In this document: piece after piece, positions 39,017 to 48,890 of the stretch
How positions within the stretch are numbered: the first letter of the stretch is position 1
Layout: every line of letters starts with the position of its first letter
Source of the DNA: a virus
Lineage: Duplodnaviria > Caudoviricetes
Length of the DNA: 59,046 nt
IMG/VR virus record: IMGVR_UViG_3300030329_000446
Span: 1 to 59,046 of that record
Reading direction: 5' to 3' (one strand)
Translations under genes and position numbers: made by a program
Notes under the pieces: generated by a model
Database searches by the model: none
What the model was told of the DNA's origin: nothing
The model's input: only the letters and a program-made list of their open reading frames with translations

Positions 39017-39202
39017 TTATCTATCACTATAAGATTTATTCACCACATCATCAATGAAGTCTAGTCCATCGGTCATAATTTCTTCTGTCTCCTGTCTAGC
39101 TAAACGTCTAGCTTCTCTTCGGGAATATCCCTCATTTAAATAATCTGTTGTTAAACTTCTAAATAAAGATTCTCTATCTTTTTCCCATAGATTTTTACTC
39201 AT
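39017..39202 (-). CDS. Hypothetical protein
   Basis: EGYSRREARRLA motif; packed ORF. Confidence 0.65.
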   Translation of the reverse strand: MSKNLWEKDRESLFRSLTTDYLNEGYSRREARRLARQETEEIMTDGLDFIDDVVNKSYSDR

Positions 39203-39356
39203 AACCTATTGTTCCTTTGCTTGATAATACTTTAATTCTTTTATATGCTTCTTGTAATTGTCCTTGTAATGTATAAATATTTTCTTCTAATATTCTAATT
39301 CTTTCTTTTAACTTTTCTATCTCTTCCATATTTTTTATCCAATCATAACTGGGCAT
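39195..39356 (-). CDS. 53-aa coiled-coil protein (below cutoff)
   Basis: Hand translation MPSYDWIK...LQGQLQEAYKRI; GGAG RBS. Confidence 0.55.
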   Translation of the reverse strand: MPSYDWIKNMEEIEKLKERIRILEENIYTLQGQLQEAYKRIKVLSSKGTIGYE

Positions 39357-39360
39357 TTTA

Positions 39361-39885
39361 TTATTCTCCACCGTAATAATAAAATAAATGTTTACCTACC
39401 TTTGTTATAAATTCTAATTCTTTTATCCAATACGGATCAACATAAGACGCATGATAGAATGTTGCACCTTGAGTTTCTTCATAGATAACACCATCAATAG
39501 CCATATTAGCTACATTCTGTGCAGTTTTAAGTGCTTGTTTATCCTTCATAATTTCTGGTTTACCATCACACCAATAAGAAAAAGCACATCTATTTCTTAT
39601 AGGATTTCCTTCCCAATATCTTCCAGCATGTACAACTTCACAGACAGTTGGTGGAAACCTACTGTCTCTAACTCTCTCTAATATTACATTCGCTACTGCT
39701 AATTGTCCAACAAAAGTTTCACCTCTTGCCTCAAAATATATTGCTTCAGTTAAACATTCTTGTTCAGTTGGTTTAGCTTCTGCTTTATTAATAGCTATAT
39801 AAGATACTAAATATAATGCAAAAGTTATTATAAATACAAACATTAATTTAAATGATTTAGTAAATTTCATGTACGACTTATCCAT
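39361..39885 (-). CDS. SleB / Hydrolase_2 cell wall hydrolase
   Basis: CLTEAIYFEARGE..GQLAVANV...FP.TVC.VV...FSYWCDGK...GATFYHA.YV.P.W; N-terminal TM/signal. Confidence 0.9.
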   Translation of the reverse strand: MDKSYMKFTKSFKLMFVFIITFALYLVSYIAINKAEAKPTEQECLTEAIYFEARGETFVGQLAVANVILERVRDSRFPPTVCEVVHAGRYWEGNPIRNRCAFSYWCDGKPEIMKDKQALKTAQNVANMAIDGVIYEETQGATFYHASYVDPYWIKELEFITKVGKHLFYYYGGE

Positions 39886-40169
39886 ATTACTTTCCCTTCT
39901 TGATCTCGACCATAGAAATTATCTATCCAGTCTCCATGCTTGAGGTAGTGCCTCATGTGTTTGATGTAACCTTCACATGAAGCCCGTTTAGCAATCGCTC
40001 CCTTTATATTCTGTCTCTCCTGTTTACGATACTCACTCACTAAAGATTGATTGTGGGTTATCCACTCCATCACTTTCAAGTAGTGGATAGGATGATCCTT
40101 TGACATTTTTCTTAGTGACGGGTGTATCCCCTTTAGCGATACCTTCTTCCCTTTCTTTTTGCCACGCAT
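39867..40169 (-). CDS. Conserved phage hypothetical protein
   Basis: EGYIKHMRHYLKHGDWIDNFYG. Confidence 0.6.
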   Translation of the reverse strand: MRGKKKGKKVSLKGIHPSLRKMSKDHPIHYLKVMEWITHNQSLVSEYRKQERQNIKGAIAKRASCEGYIKHMRHYLKHGDWIDNFYGRDQEGKVIWISRT

Positions 40170-40401
40170 CTTCTAACTCCTTTATCTTCTTATCATCATA
40201 TCCCAGGATATCTACAGTTAAGATACCCCACGCTATGTCTGTTTCAGCAGGAGTTAATTGTTGTTCCTCAACAATCTCTGCCAGCATCTTACGCCCATCC
40301 CATCCCCTTAACTTAGATGCCTTACCTTCAGCCATCTTCTCTAGGAAGATAGTTTTTACTCCCTCCATGAAAGGGATATAATCTGTTTTATTTAAGTCCA
40401 T
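40033..40401 (-). CDS. Hypothetical protein
   Basis: ORF; 3' end overlaps the downstream gene. Confidence 0.55.
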   Translation of the reverse strand: MDLNKTDYIPFMEGVKTIFLEKMAEGKASKLRGWDGRKMLAEIVEEQQLTPAETDIAWGILTVDILGYDDKKIKELEDAWQKEREEGIAKGDTPVTKKNVKGSSYPLLESDGVDNPQSIFSE

Positions 40402-40642
40402 CTAAACTCTCCACTTTATCCGTATCTACTAATAGTAGATCATAAGTTACTGTGTCATTTGTATTAGGGCAATGACCTGTTAAGTTTTCTATCTTAACCA
40501 TAGTATTACTAGTTATATAATTATCAAAATCTTCTTTACTCATTCCCCCATCTTCCCTCGTTACACATAGATTATCTTTTTCGTAATCAGGATCATCAAC
40601 TTTATGAACATTATATTCTATAATAAGTTGCATTATCACCAC
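40388..40642 (-). CDS. Hypothetical protein
   Basis: Packed ORF. Confidence 0.55.
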   Translation of the reverse strand: MVIMQLIIEYNVHKVDDPDYEKDNLCVTREDGGMSKEDFDNYITSNTMVKIENLTGHCPNTNDTVTYDLLLVDTDKVESLDGLK

Positions 40643-40854
40643 TCCTCTACATCATTTGATACATCATTCAAGTCACCATCTTTATCTATCTCAAAGACAG
40701 CATCTATTTTAAAGTCTCCTGACCAACCATCATCTTCAATCCAATCCTCTCCTTCCATCCATTCCGCTTTATCTTTAGCTTCCGTAGGATTATCTGCTTC
40801 CACATCCATATGTACATCCGTATATATTGTGGCTGTTACTCTATACTTTGGCAT
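40636..40854 (-). CDS. Acidic hypothetical protein
   Basis: Start MPKYRV with CAGGAG RBS; VEADNPTEAKDKA. Confidence 0.6.
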   Translation of the reverse strand: MPKYRVTATIYTDVHMDVEADNPTEAKDKAEWMEGEDWIEDDGWSGDFKIDAVFEIDKDGDLNDVSNDVEEW

Positions 40855-41013
40855 AATAATCTCCTGTAAATTCATCCTGTTTTTCTCTAAAGATACGGTT
40901 ATAATCATAGAACATTATGTACCTACGATTACGTTCAAAGCTAGTCACCTTCGTTTCCATGTATGGATTTATAGGGTATAGCTTTTCTTTTTCTTTGTCA
41001 AGTTTATAATAAT

Positions 41014-41199
41014 TCATACAGTGTATCTCCAAGTCCAAGGTTCAACTTCCTCATATTCTTCCTCAACAAATTCTAATACTTTGATAGGTATGTTATATTT
41101 TTTGAGTAGATTTATCAGGTGATCAGGATGCATGTCAAAGACACACATCCATTTACCTTTACTCTCTGAGTAGTAGAGAGGATACTTTTTACTAGGCAT
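41014..41199 (-). CDS. Hypothetical protein
   Basis: YYSESKG...DMHPDHLIN; GGAG RBS. Confidence 0.55.
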   Translation of the reverse strand: MPSKKYPLYYSESKGKWMCVFDMHPDHLINLLKKYNIPIKVLEFVEEEYEEVEPWTWRYTV

Positions 41200-41201
41200 T
41201 T

Positions 41202-41375
41202 CTAATCTCCAAATATAATATTAAAACCTTTGTTAGCAATAAATTCTAAAGCACTATGCTCTGTCTCATCAGCATTGATAGCTGACCAAGGCTGAAAGTC
41301 TGGGTCAATCCAACCCAAACTCTCAGCATCTTCTATGGTTTCACCATAAGATTTATACCGATATTCTTTCTGCAT
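41202..41375 (-). CDS. 57-aa hypothetical protein (below cutoff)
   Basis: Hand translation; GGAGAGG RBS; fills the gap. Confidence 0.45.
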   Translation of the reverse strand: MQKEYRYKSYGETIEDAESLGWIDPDFQPWSAINADETEHSALEFIANKGFNIIFGD

Positions 41376-42382
41376 TACACCTCTCCAGTTTCTTCGTAGT
41401 AATCAATCGCCAAGGGCTTTGCCCACTCTTTAGATCGGAGCATCTTACGCACTCGTTCCTCACGCATAACTCTTACATTCTGTAAGTTCTCTGATCGTGC
41501 TTTAGCTTGGCCTCTGGTTGTATGTGTAGACCAGTGTGTAGCCGCTTGGTAAGCAGTCCACAGGCTACCTACATCCTGCTTATTCTTTCCTTCATACAAA
41601 GCCTTGCCGTGACAGTGACGGTTCTCCTGATCAAAGATATTCATCAGGTGAGAGAGAATAACTTTGTTATGTTTATTCTTACGGGTCACATTATCCATAC
41701 GCTTGGCTAGTGTAGCCTTGAATAATTTTACTGCATCGTCACGGTGTAAGGGAGTGTTAAACCATTCCTTCATTTCTTTGATGGCATCCCCTCTAATATA
41801 TTCCCCTGCATTTTTTATCTTCGCAGTAAAAGCAGGGAGGTTAAAGCCTTTGGTATGCCTACCATAGACATAAGCCAGCTTGTTACCAGACACTAGACTA
41901 TTAAAGCATGAGCTTCTCCATAGTCCCATCATTCCATTGTTAGCCCACGTTCCATCCTGACTGGTACGAAACTTGAACTCTGGTTTTACCACACCCACTC
42001 CATCTATGCTTGTCTCATGGGCAGGGAAGTCTGCAATTAATTCTAATTGTGCTCCCCCTTTATAGACGTTAGTTACAAACCTAGCATCAGTCAGGTCCAT
42101 ACCAGAATTTGTGATAGCAGTTTCTATATCTTGTACTGTAGTCTTATACTGCATCACTTCGTATCTATCTTTAACTACAGCAAAAGGTTTCTTGTTATCC
42201 TTTCTTCGCAGCAATGAACCTACATCTGATGCTAGTTCTGAATAGTGCTCACCATACAAAGGACGACTACCATCGTAATAACAATCACTTACTGCACTCT
42301 GATACAGTGGAACTTTCTCTACTTCAAAGTCTATTAGATCGTGGTTAAACATCGTTGTCATAATACCATTCCTCTTGCTCAT
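41375..42382 (-). CDS. DUF932-like protein
   Basis: VVKDRYEVMQ, TSQDGT, RSSCFNSL, GRHT, SLWTAYQAATHWSTH; start probably a few codons later. Confidence 0.7.
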   Translation of the reverse strand: MSKRNGIMTTMFNHDLIDFEVEKVPLYQSAVSDCYYDGSRPLYGEHYSELASDVGSLLRRKDNKKPFAVVKDRYEVMQYKTTVQDIETAITNSGMDLTDARFVTNVYKGGAQLELIADFPAHETSIDGVGVVKPEFKFRTSQDGTWANNGMMGLWRSSCFNSLVSGNKLAYVYGRHTKGFNLPAFTAKIKNAGEYIRGDAIKEMKEWFNTPLHRDDAVKLFKATLAKRMDNVTRKNKHNKVILSHLMNIFDQENRHCHGKALYEGKNKQDVGSLWTAYQAATHWSTHTTRGQAKARSENLQNVRVMREERVRKMLRSKEWAKPLAIDYYEETGEV

Positions 42383-42941
42383 TTAAAAACTCATTAATGT
42401 CATCCATATCTAGATGACCTACATCCTCAACACCACTAACAGTTATTATATAATCATATAATGTTAGTGGCAAGTCTCTTACGTTTCGGTAGTTGAAAGG
42501 CTTATCCATATTATTATTCCTCAACATATTGGTTTATCATAGGTTCTTCCTCCATCTGTTCTGTAATAGTAGCCATAGCTAAACATATTTCAGACCATTC
42601 ATCAGCATACTCCATGCTGTCTTCATCTTGTCCTATCTTGTTTCCTAAAGAATCTTCAGCATAAGAATGTAATATATTCCATATGTGATCTAATGCTTGT
42701 TCACCAGTCATCATCTCACTACTCCTACAGTTTCTAACTCAACATTCCGTACCCCAAAGCAATCTATACTTTGTTGTTCACCATCAGGTGATGTAACCTC
42801 TATGTTTACAACTTCATAGAAGTTTTCACTATCTTCAGCTAGGCTCAATTTATTTATTTTAACTTCAATCTTTGAAGCCTCGTGAAAATATATGTTAGTC
42901 TTACCTACCATTTTACTTCTCCTTTTTTTTACCATACATAC

Positions 42942-42970
42942 ATACTAAAACTTAATAAGATAAAGGTCAA
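42942..42970 (-). promoter_or_regulatory. Sigma70-like promoter
   Basis: TTGACC-N17-TAGTAT. Confidence 0.5.
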
Positions 42971-44421
42971 GACAAATAATAAATAATCTTTAATCTTATT
43001 AAGACACCTATCTCTCTTATAATAATCATCCATATCCACACCTATCATAGATTATAATACATTACTAACCCTTTTTTTAATACTCCCCATCCATGTACGC
43101 TCCCATGATACATCCTATTCCTATTGGAACAGAACCTAACATACACGCTAGATACATTTCACCTACACTCTTACCTACTATAACTAATACTATCATCATA
43201 AAGATAAAAGTAAAGATAGATAACACACCAGTAATTAACGAAACAAATCTAATCGGGGTCATAACTTATCCTTCCAATTCTTTTGGACTAAATCAAGATA
43301 CATAGTTTCATCTATGATCTTTAGGTTCATAGCATCATCCTTGCCTGTAGATCGGACAGTTACACAAGGCATTACTCTCAGATCAAACTTATAAGTTATA
43401 TCTTCCATCACTAGTTCTTCTAGTGGTGACATTATGTAATCCATTACAATTTCTCCCATGCTCCATCTATAGGTAAGTTGAGCTTGTCTTTTTCTTCTTG
43501 GGTAAACACCTCACAGGTAGAGTAGTCTACCCATCCGATCTTATTGCTCCAAAAGCTATCGTCTTTCATGTTACGAATTAGCCAATTATAATCTTCCATT
43601 ATGGTTTCTCCAATACACAACTAACCGTATAGCTTCCATCTTTGTTCTGTTTCTTAAAGACTATGTAAGGTTTATATCCTTCAACTTGAGCAGGGTATAC
43701 CCTAGCTTTTGTCTGCTCGACAACTCCTACTTGGTTACACTCATGCTTACCTACATACTGCCAGTTATTTTCTTTGAAATTATAGGCAGTTAAGATTGTT
43801 ACGACAGCTAATACAAATCCAATCATTTTCTTTTCCTATACTTCTATGGATACTAAATGTTTTTGTTTACGAACGTATGCCCCTTTACCTTTCTTTGATT
43901 TCTCCACACCAGCTTTACGTTTTCTAGCATGAACCGCAAAAGGATTACGAGGTTTCTTATAATTGGTTGGTGTCTTACTTACTGGTGTTACTTTCATTAT
44001 TAATCTCCACTTCAAAGTCTTTATCAAATAGAGGATCAACCCAACGTAAATCCCAGGTTAGGGTTGACCTAACAAATAATTTTTGTGGTTGTAATTCAGA
44101 AGCATGATCTATTACTTCCCACTTGTTTCCATTCTCTCTCACTCTATTCTTACCGTGGTTAGTTTTACCTGTTAGTGTAACAAACATTTTATTTCTCCTA
44201 TCTAAAAGTATTAATCCATTCTTCAGGTGTTACACCTGTCATTAAAAATTCTCTGTCATCAACAGAGACATTAGGCATAGCATCTTGAATAAGAGCACCA
44301 TTTGCCCAATCATCAATCTGTGATTGAGTAACAGGAATATCCATTGTATTCCACTCGCCACTAAAAATACTTTTCTTTGTAATAAGCATAGCTTTCTCCT
44401 TTGTTAAAGTTAAATCTTCTT

Positions 44422-44456
44422 ATGTGAAGCAGATACCCCGTTGATATCTGCCCCAT
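44422..44456. other. Intergenic hairpin (terminator or RNase III-like site)
   Basis: GCAGATA...TATCTGC stem. Confidence 0.45.
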
Positions 44457-44689
44457 AAAAAGACTATGCTACAGTGACCACACCCTTGCGGTCTACGATA
44501 GACTTAATATTCCAGAAGGTTCCCTTGTCCATCTTGTAGATAACAAGTTTACCCAACTGAACCCGAATGGATTTATCCAAACGATCTACAGCCCACTCAC
44601 TCTTTTTTGAGCGTACACGATAGATGAATTCCATTCCGAAAATGTTAAGCTTATTCATAGTAAGTCTCCTATGGTTGGTTGATGATTAG

Positions 44690-44718
44690 ATTGTAGTTTA
44701 ATTAGTTTATCTTGTCAA
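44690..44718 (-). promoter_or_regulatory. Sigma70-like promoter
   Basis: TTGACA-N17-TACAAT. Confidence 0.75.
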
Positions 44719-45314
44719 CTTATATTATGTATTCTACGCCAGACTACCCAAGTTATAGCCTGTATCTCAAATGCTTTCAATGATCTCCCTTGCACCCTCA
44801 CTTTCTTTCCAGCGTCCACGTAGGCTTGTGATATTTCTTGGTATTCTTTCTTGCCTACATTCGATTTATCGTCTGTCAGACCATGCCTCACACCATAGTA
44901 GATATTCTTAGCATGCCCATCTACGGTGCAGGTATCATGTCCCATAATATTCCTGTAAAATGCTGTTATCTTTTGACCGTTAAGTATCGTTATCACTCCC
45001 TCATTATCAGGCATCGCTTCCAGAATTGACCATGCTTTCTTTTTCATAGTATGGTAGGTGCTAACCTTGATATTGTCAGCGTGTTCCCCATTCAAAAATC
45101 CCTGTATTAAATCCCTTGCATTAACTACATTTCTATCCCATTTGTTATTCGGGGATAGAGAGGCAACTACACCTACGACAATGTTAATTGGCACGTTTAA
45201 GTCCACTGCTATACGTTTGCAGTCTGCATAAGCATTAACATACCAGACAATACCATCACGCTTTTCCTCAGGCGTTGCCATCCGATATATACTGATAATG
45301 TTTTCTACTGACAT
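44715..45314 (-). CDS. Conserved phage early protein, possibly of DNA-glycosylase-like helical fold
   Basis: G..WY, VASLSPNNKWDRN, GQKITAFYRNI, TVDGHA, IQAITWVVWR; fold is inference. Confidence 0.6.
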   Translation of the reverse strand: MSVENIISIYRMATPEEKRDGIVWYVNAYADCKRIAVDLNVPINIVVGVVASLSPNNKWDRNVVNARDLIQGFLNGEHADNIKVSTYHTMKKKAWSILEAMPDNEGVITILNGQKITAFYRNIMGHDTCTVDGHAKNIYYGVRHGLTDDKSNVGKKEYQEISQAYVDAGKKVRVQGRSLKAFEIQAITWVVWRRIHNIS

Positions 45315-45318
45315 CGTA

Positions 45319-45576
45319 TTACCCCTTCAATAGATTGTTAAATATCTTCTCTGCTTCTAAGTAGAGTATACCATTATCAAATTCATAGTCAATATAATTC
45401 TCTGATATAGCATCCTCTAAGTGTTTGGTGATAAAGATAATCTTCACATCTTCATCATCATTTTGTTCTACTCTTAACATATCCTCTCGCAGAGGTTTAA
45501 TGTTCATGTAAAAGCTATCGAGGATACCATCAAAAGCATCCTCGATCATGGATTGATAATAACTAGGTAATGACAT
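45319..45576 (-). CDS. Acidic hypothetical early protein
   Basis: AAGGAG RBS. Confidence 0.6.
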   Translation of the reverse strand: MSLPSYYQSMIEDAFDGILDSFYMNIKPLREDMLRVEQNDDEDVKIIFITKHLEDAISENYIDYEFDNGILYLEAEKIFNNLLKG

Positions 45577-45691
45577 TTATTCTCCTTTCGGTTCTAGTAT
45601 TTCTAATTCTGCGATATGTTCTGCACTTTCTGTATCGTATCCCATATCTTCATAATATGCAACAATTTCGTCATAATCTTTTCTCATTATC

Positions 45692-45946
45692 TTATCCTTT
45701 CTCGTTTAGGTTTTCAATTAGACCATACAGATTAACGGTATCTCCAGCTTCATCATAGACTATCCCAAAATCTGGGTCAAATACGTGAAGGATTGAATAG
45801 TTAATCTGTGGGTTTTCATTCCTTCTCGCTACGTTATACCAATAATCATCTGTTATTGCGTCATTGTCAATAAAATAATTTCTCTCAATCAATTCTCCCT
45901 CATGTTTACCAGTTAGGTAATATCTTTGTTCAATAACTGTTTTCAT
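45692..45946 (-). CDS. Hypothetical early protein
   Basis: GAAAGG RBS before MKTVIE. Confidence 0.6.
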   Translation of the reverse strand: MKTVIEQRYYLTGKHEGELIERNYFIDNDAITDDYWYNVARRNENPQINYSILHVFDPDFGIVYDEAGDTVNLYGLIENLNEKG

Positions 45947-45967
45947 TATTTTTCCTTTCAATTTTTA

Positions 45968-45996
45968 AAGATACAGTAGTAACAAGGACAATTCAA
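45968..45996 (-). promoter_or_regulatory. Sigma70-like promoter (weak match)
   Basis: TTGAAT-N17-TATCTT. Confidence 0.4.
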
Positions 45997-46057
45997 GTTT
46001 AATTTACACTTAATTAAAAGATATAAATCTTTTACCTTAGATATAAACATTTTCATA

Positions 46058-46243
46058 TTATCTTATTCTCCTATGACAGGCCATTGCTACGTCAGCTTTG
46101 GTTGCTGGTTTTTTCATCCAGAATTCACACTGTTCATATTCACGATTAAACATACCATGGTTTTTAATACCTTTCAAACCCTTTCTATAAACATTGTTGT
46201 AGTGTCCCGCTTTATCTAGCTCAATCAGTTGTTTAATGTTCAT
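46058..46243 (-). CDS. Hypothetical early protein
   Basis: GAAAGG RBS before MNIKQL. Confidence 0.55.
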   Translation of the reverse strand: MNIKQLIELDKAGHYNNVYRKGLKGIKNHGMFNREYEQCEFWMKKPATKADVAMACHRRIR

Positions 46244-46256
46244 TATTATACCTTTC

Positions 46257-46291
46257 AAAAAGAAAGAGAGAGAGAAGTTAATCTCTCTCTC
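46257..46291 (-). terminator. Terminator after the first early gene
   Basis: GAGAGAGA/TCTCTCTC stem followed by a T-rich tail on the minus strand. Confidence 0.55.
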
Positions 46292-46299
46292 GATAGTGT

Positions 46300-46482
46300 T
46301 TAAGCAGTGCGAAGGATGTCACCGAATTCTGTGAAGATGCGGTGGATGTTTGCCGCTTCCTCTGCGTCTGCTTTAGTGCGATATGGTCCATCGAATTGAG
46401 ATGTGCCATTTGGGAAAGCAACTTGGACTTTCCAAGGATATTTGGAATTAAAAGTATCCTTGATTACAAATACAGTATCCAT
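46300..46482 (-). CDS. First early gene, hypothetical
   Basis: GGAG RBS; GPYRTKADAEEAA. Confidence 0.65.
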   Translation of the reverse strand: MDTVFVIKDTFNSKYPWKVQVAFPNGTSQFDGPYRTKADAEEAANIHRIFTEFGDILRTA

Positions 46483-46546
46483 AATGTGTCTCCATTAATG
46501 TTATGTATTGTCGTCATTAATCATATGATCACGTGACGTAATGATG

Positions 46547-46574
46547 ATAGTATCTGATTATTAGATAATGTCAA
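46547..46574 (-). promoter_or_regulatory. Sigma70-like first early promoter
   Basis: TTGACA-N16-TACTAT. Confidence 0.65.
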
Positions 46575-46981
46575 ATAAATAATAAAACACCAATGAATTC
46601 AATAGGTTAGGTATTATCTGGATAGTCTACCAATGAGAGAAAATGTATTAAATAGATAACCTTCCCCTAACATTTAATAGATATGTAATGATCTACACTA
46701 ATTGAGGGAAGGTATTTGAGGGAAGGATATAGCTAAGTAATTGATATTAAAGGATAAAAGATAGTTATCTCAGAATAAAAAGATATGATGTTATCTATGA
46801 AGACGGGGGAAGGAAAAAAACACTGGCTGTTATATAATATATATATGGGGGTGACATATATTGAGCTAAAAACTAGGGGTCTATATTTTTTTAAATCCGT
46901 AAATATCAGATATTTTAAGCCAGTGATAGATATGGTATTACCCCCTAGACTACATAGACATTATAGCATAGATTTTTCTAC

Positions 46982-47010
46982 TTGGCAACCCCTAAAAAGT
47001 ATGTTATTAT
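46982..47010 (+). promoter_or_regulatory. Sigma70-like promoter of the packaging arm
   Basis: TTGGCA-N17-TATTAT. Confidence 0.55.
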
Positions 47011-47039
47011 AGTATAGTGAAAATTAATTGGAGGTGTAT

Positions 47040-47327
47040 ATGGAAAATGATCCTTTAAGAAATATGGAGATACAACTAGGCTTAGAAGAAGGAGAACTAC
47101 AAAACTTTATTCAACTGGATTCTATCTCTTGTTGTAAAGTACTATCTTATATTATGAAAGATATTACTACAGGTCTTGCTGTTTCTCCTGCTGCTTTGAA
47201 GCGTACTCGTAGAGGAGAAGCTATTAGAGATTATGTTACCAGTATGGTAGGGATTATAGGTGAACTTAGAGAATTATTTGTAGAGGACCATGAACAGAAT
47301 GAATTTAGAAGAGAACATTTCAATTAA
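47040..47327 (+). CDS. Hypothetical protein upstream of TerL
   Basis: GGAGG RBS before MENDPL. Confidence 0.7.
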   Translation: MENDPLRNMEIQLGLEEGELQNFIQLDSISCCKVLSYIMKDITTGLAVSPAALKRTRRGEAIRDYVTSMVGIIGELRELFVEDHEQNEFRREHFN

Positions 47328-48855
47328 CTATGAACAGATAGAAAGTTTATTATCTTTAAGGGACTCCCTTAATACTTATAAACAATCTAAAGCTCATACT
47401 AACTTCCTGTCTTTTGTTAAGATGATGGCTCCTACTCTGGTATCTGACTGGGAGATGGGTAAACATATAGAAGTCATCTCTGATAAACTACAGGAGATAC
47501 AGGATGGTACACTCAAGAGGTTGATGGTCTTCCTACCACCACGTAGTTCCAAGTCTGTTATCTGTTCCAAGTTATTCCCTGCATGGTATATAGGACAAAA
47601 TCCTAACCATGAGATACTGACGGTATCCCACAGTGATCAGTTATCTTCTGACTTTGGTAGGTCAGTTAGGGATATAGTGAACAGTGAAGACTTTCAGAAT
47701 ATCTTTACGGGGGTACAATTAAGACAGGATGTACGGGCTGCTGGTAAGTGGCAGACTAATCAGAAGGGATCATACTATGCTGCTGGTGTACGGTCACAGA
47801 TAGCTGGTCGTGGTGCTCACATAGCTATACTGGATGATGTAATGTCTGAAGAGGATTCCTTCAGTGCGGCAGGTAGACGGTATGTTAAGGAGTGGTGGCC
47901 CTCTGGTCTACGTACTCGTATCATGCCTAATGGTTCCATTGTTATTATTAATACCAGATACCATCACGATGACCTGTGTGGTTGGTTACTAAAGCAGGAA
48001 CAGGAAATGCATGACTATGGTACAATACCCTGGGAGGTAATTAAGATACCTGCATGGGTAGACGAGGATACATCAGAACTCTTAGACCTGCCTGTAGGAT
48101 CATCTTACTTTCCTGAGTGGAAACCAGATGAACTTCTCAAGATAGATGAAGAAGAGATCAAGGCTACCAATGGTACAAAGTATTGGGAGTCACTGTATAT
48201 GCAGAACCCCACACCAGAAGAGGGAGGTCTTATTAAAAAGAAGTGGATTGAGTGGTGGCCCTACGATGAACCTCCAGGTTGTGACTTTATTATTCAGACA
48301 TACGATACAGCTTTCTCAACCAAGACTACGGCTGACTATAGTGTAATCCAGACCTGGGGTATCTTCTATGCACCTGAACAAACCCATGACGGTATGGAGA
48401 GTGCAGAGGCACAGCTTATACTCTTGGGTAATCTACGTGGGAGATATGAGTATCCTGAATTAAGACGGATGGCTCAGATGTCTTTTGATGAACATAGACC
48501 TGACGTATGTATCATAGAAAAGAAAGCTAGTGGTCAATCCTTGATACAGGATATGAGAAGGAGTGGTCTACCTGTACTGGAGTATATGCCTGACAGGGAT
48601 AAGGTATCCAGAGTATATGCTGCTACTCCATCAATGGAAGCTGGTCGTGTATGGTTTCCTAAAGGAAGAAAGTGGGCAGAAGAACTTGTAGATGAATTAA
48701 TTACCTTCCCTAATGGAGCACACGATGACCAAGTGGATGCTATGACAATGGCTATTCACTACATGAAAGAGTCATGGAATCTGCTACATCCAGATGATCC
48801 TGACTGGGAAGATGCTCCACCTACGAAAAAAAGAGTTGCATACTGGAACTTTTAA
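47290..48855 (+). CDS. terL: Terminase large subunit
   Basis: LPPRSSKS (Walker A variant), GRGAHIAILDD, TRYHHDDL, YDTAFS, IEKKASG, HDDQVDAMT. Confidence 0.95.
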   Translation: MNRMNLEENISINYEQIESLLSLRDSLNTYKQSKAHTNFLSFVKMMAPTLVSDWEMGKHIEVISDKLQEIQDGTLKRLMVFLPPRSSKSVICSKLFPAWYIGQNPNHEILTVSHSDQLSSDFGRSVRDIVNSEDFQNIFTGVQLRQDVRAAGKWQTNQKGSYYAAGVRSQIAGRGAHIAILDDVMSEEDSFSAAGRRYVKEWWPSGLRTRIMPNGSIVIINTRYHHDDLCGWLLKQEQEMHDYGTIPWEVIKIPAWVDEDTSELLDLPVGSSYFPEWKPDELLKIDEEEIKATNGTKYWESLYMQNPTPEEGGLIKKKWIEWWPYDEPPGCDFIIQTYDTAFSTKTTADYSVIQTWGIFYAPEQTHDGMESAEAQLILLGNLRGRYEYPELRRMAQMSFDEHRPDVCIIEKKASGQSLIQDMRRSGLPVLEYMPDRDKVSRVYAATPSMEAGRVWFPKGRKWAEELVDELITFPNGAHDDQVDAMTMAIHYMKESWNLLHPDDPDWEDAPPTKKRVAYWNF

Positions 48856-48864
48856 GTGTATAAT
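48836..48864 (+). promoter_or_regulatory. Sigma70-like promoter
   Basis: TTGCAT-N17-TATAAT. Confidence 0.7.
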
Positions 48865-48890
48865 ATATAGTGTAGAGTGGAGGATATTAT

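Larger units (their letters stand above)
42345..44658 (-). other. Array of about 13 small early genes (40-75 aa), several with TM segments
   Basis: Tightly packed minus-strand ORFs (e.g. 42345, 42514, 42711, 43077, 43259, 43599, 43836, 43975, 44198, 44464), many with GGAG RBS; no recognisable enzymes. Confidence 0.7.

Noticed and set aside
26252-41867. Plus-strand ORFs within the minus arm (e.g. 26252, 29571, 38267, 40604)
   Set aside because: Antisense to well-supported genes and without recognisable motifs
45999-46013. CtrA-like box TTAA-N7-TTAA beside a weak promoter
   Set aside because: Single match in very AT-rich DNA; not seen at the other promoters I checked
46785-47012. 75-aa ORF in the control region
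   Set aside because: No clear RBS, contains homopolymer and AT runs, and overlaps a promoter
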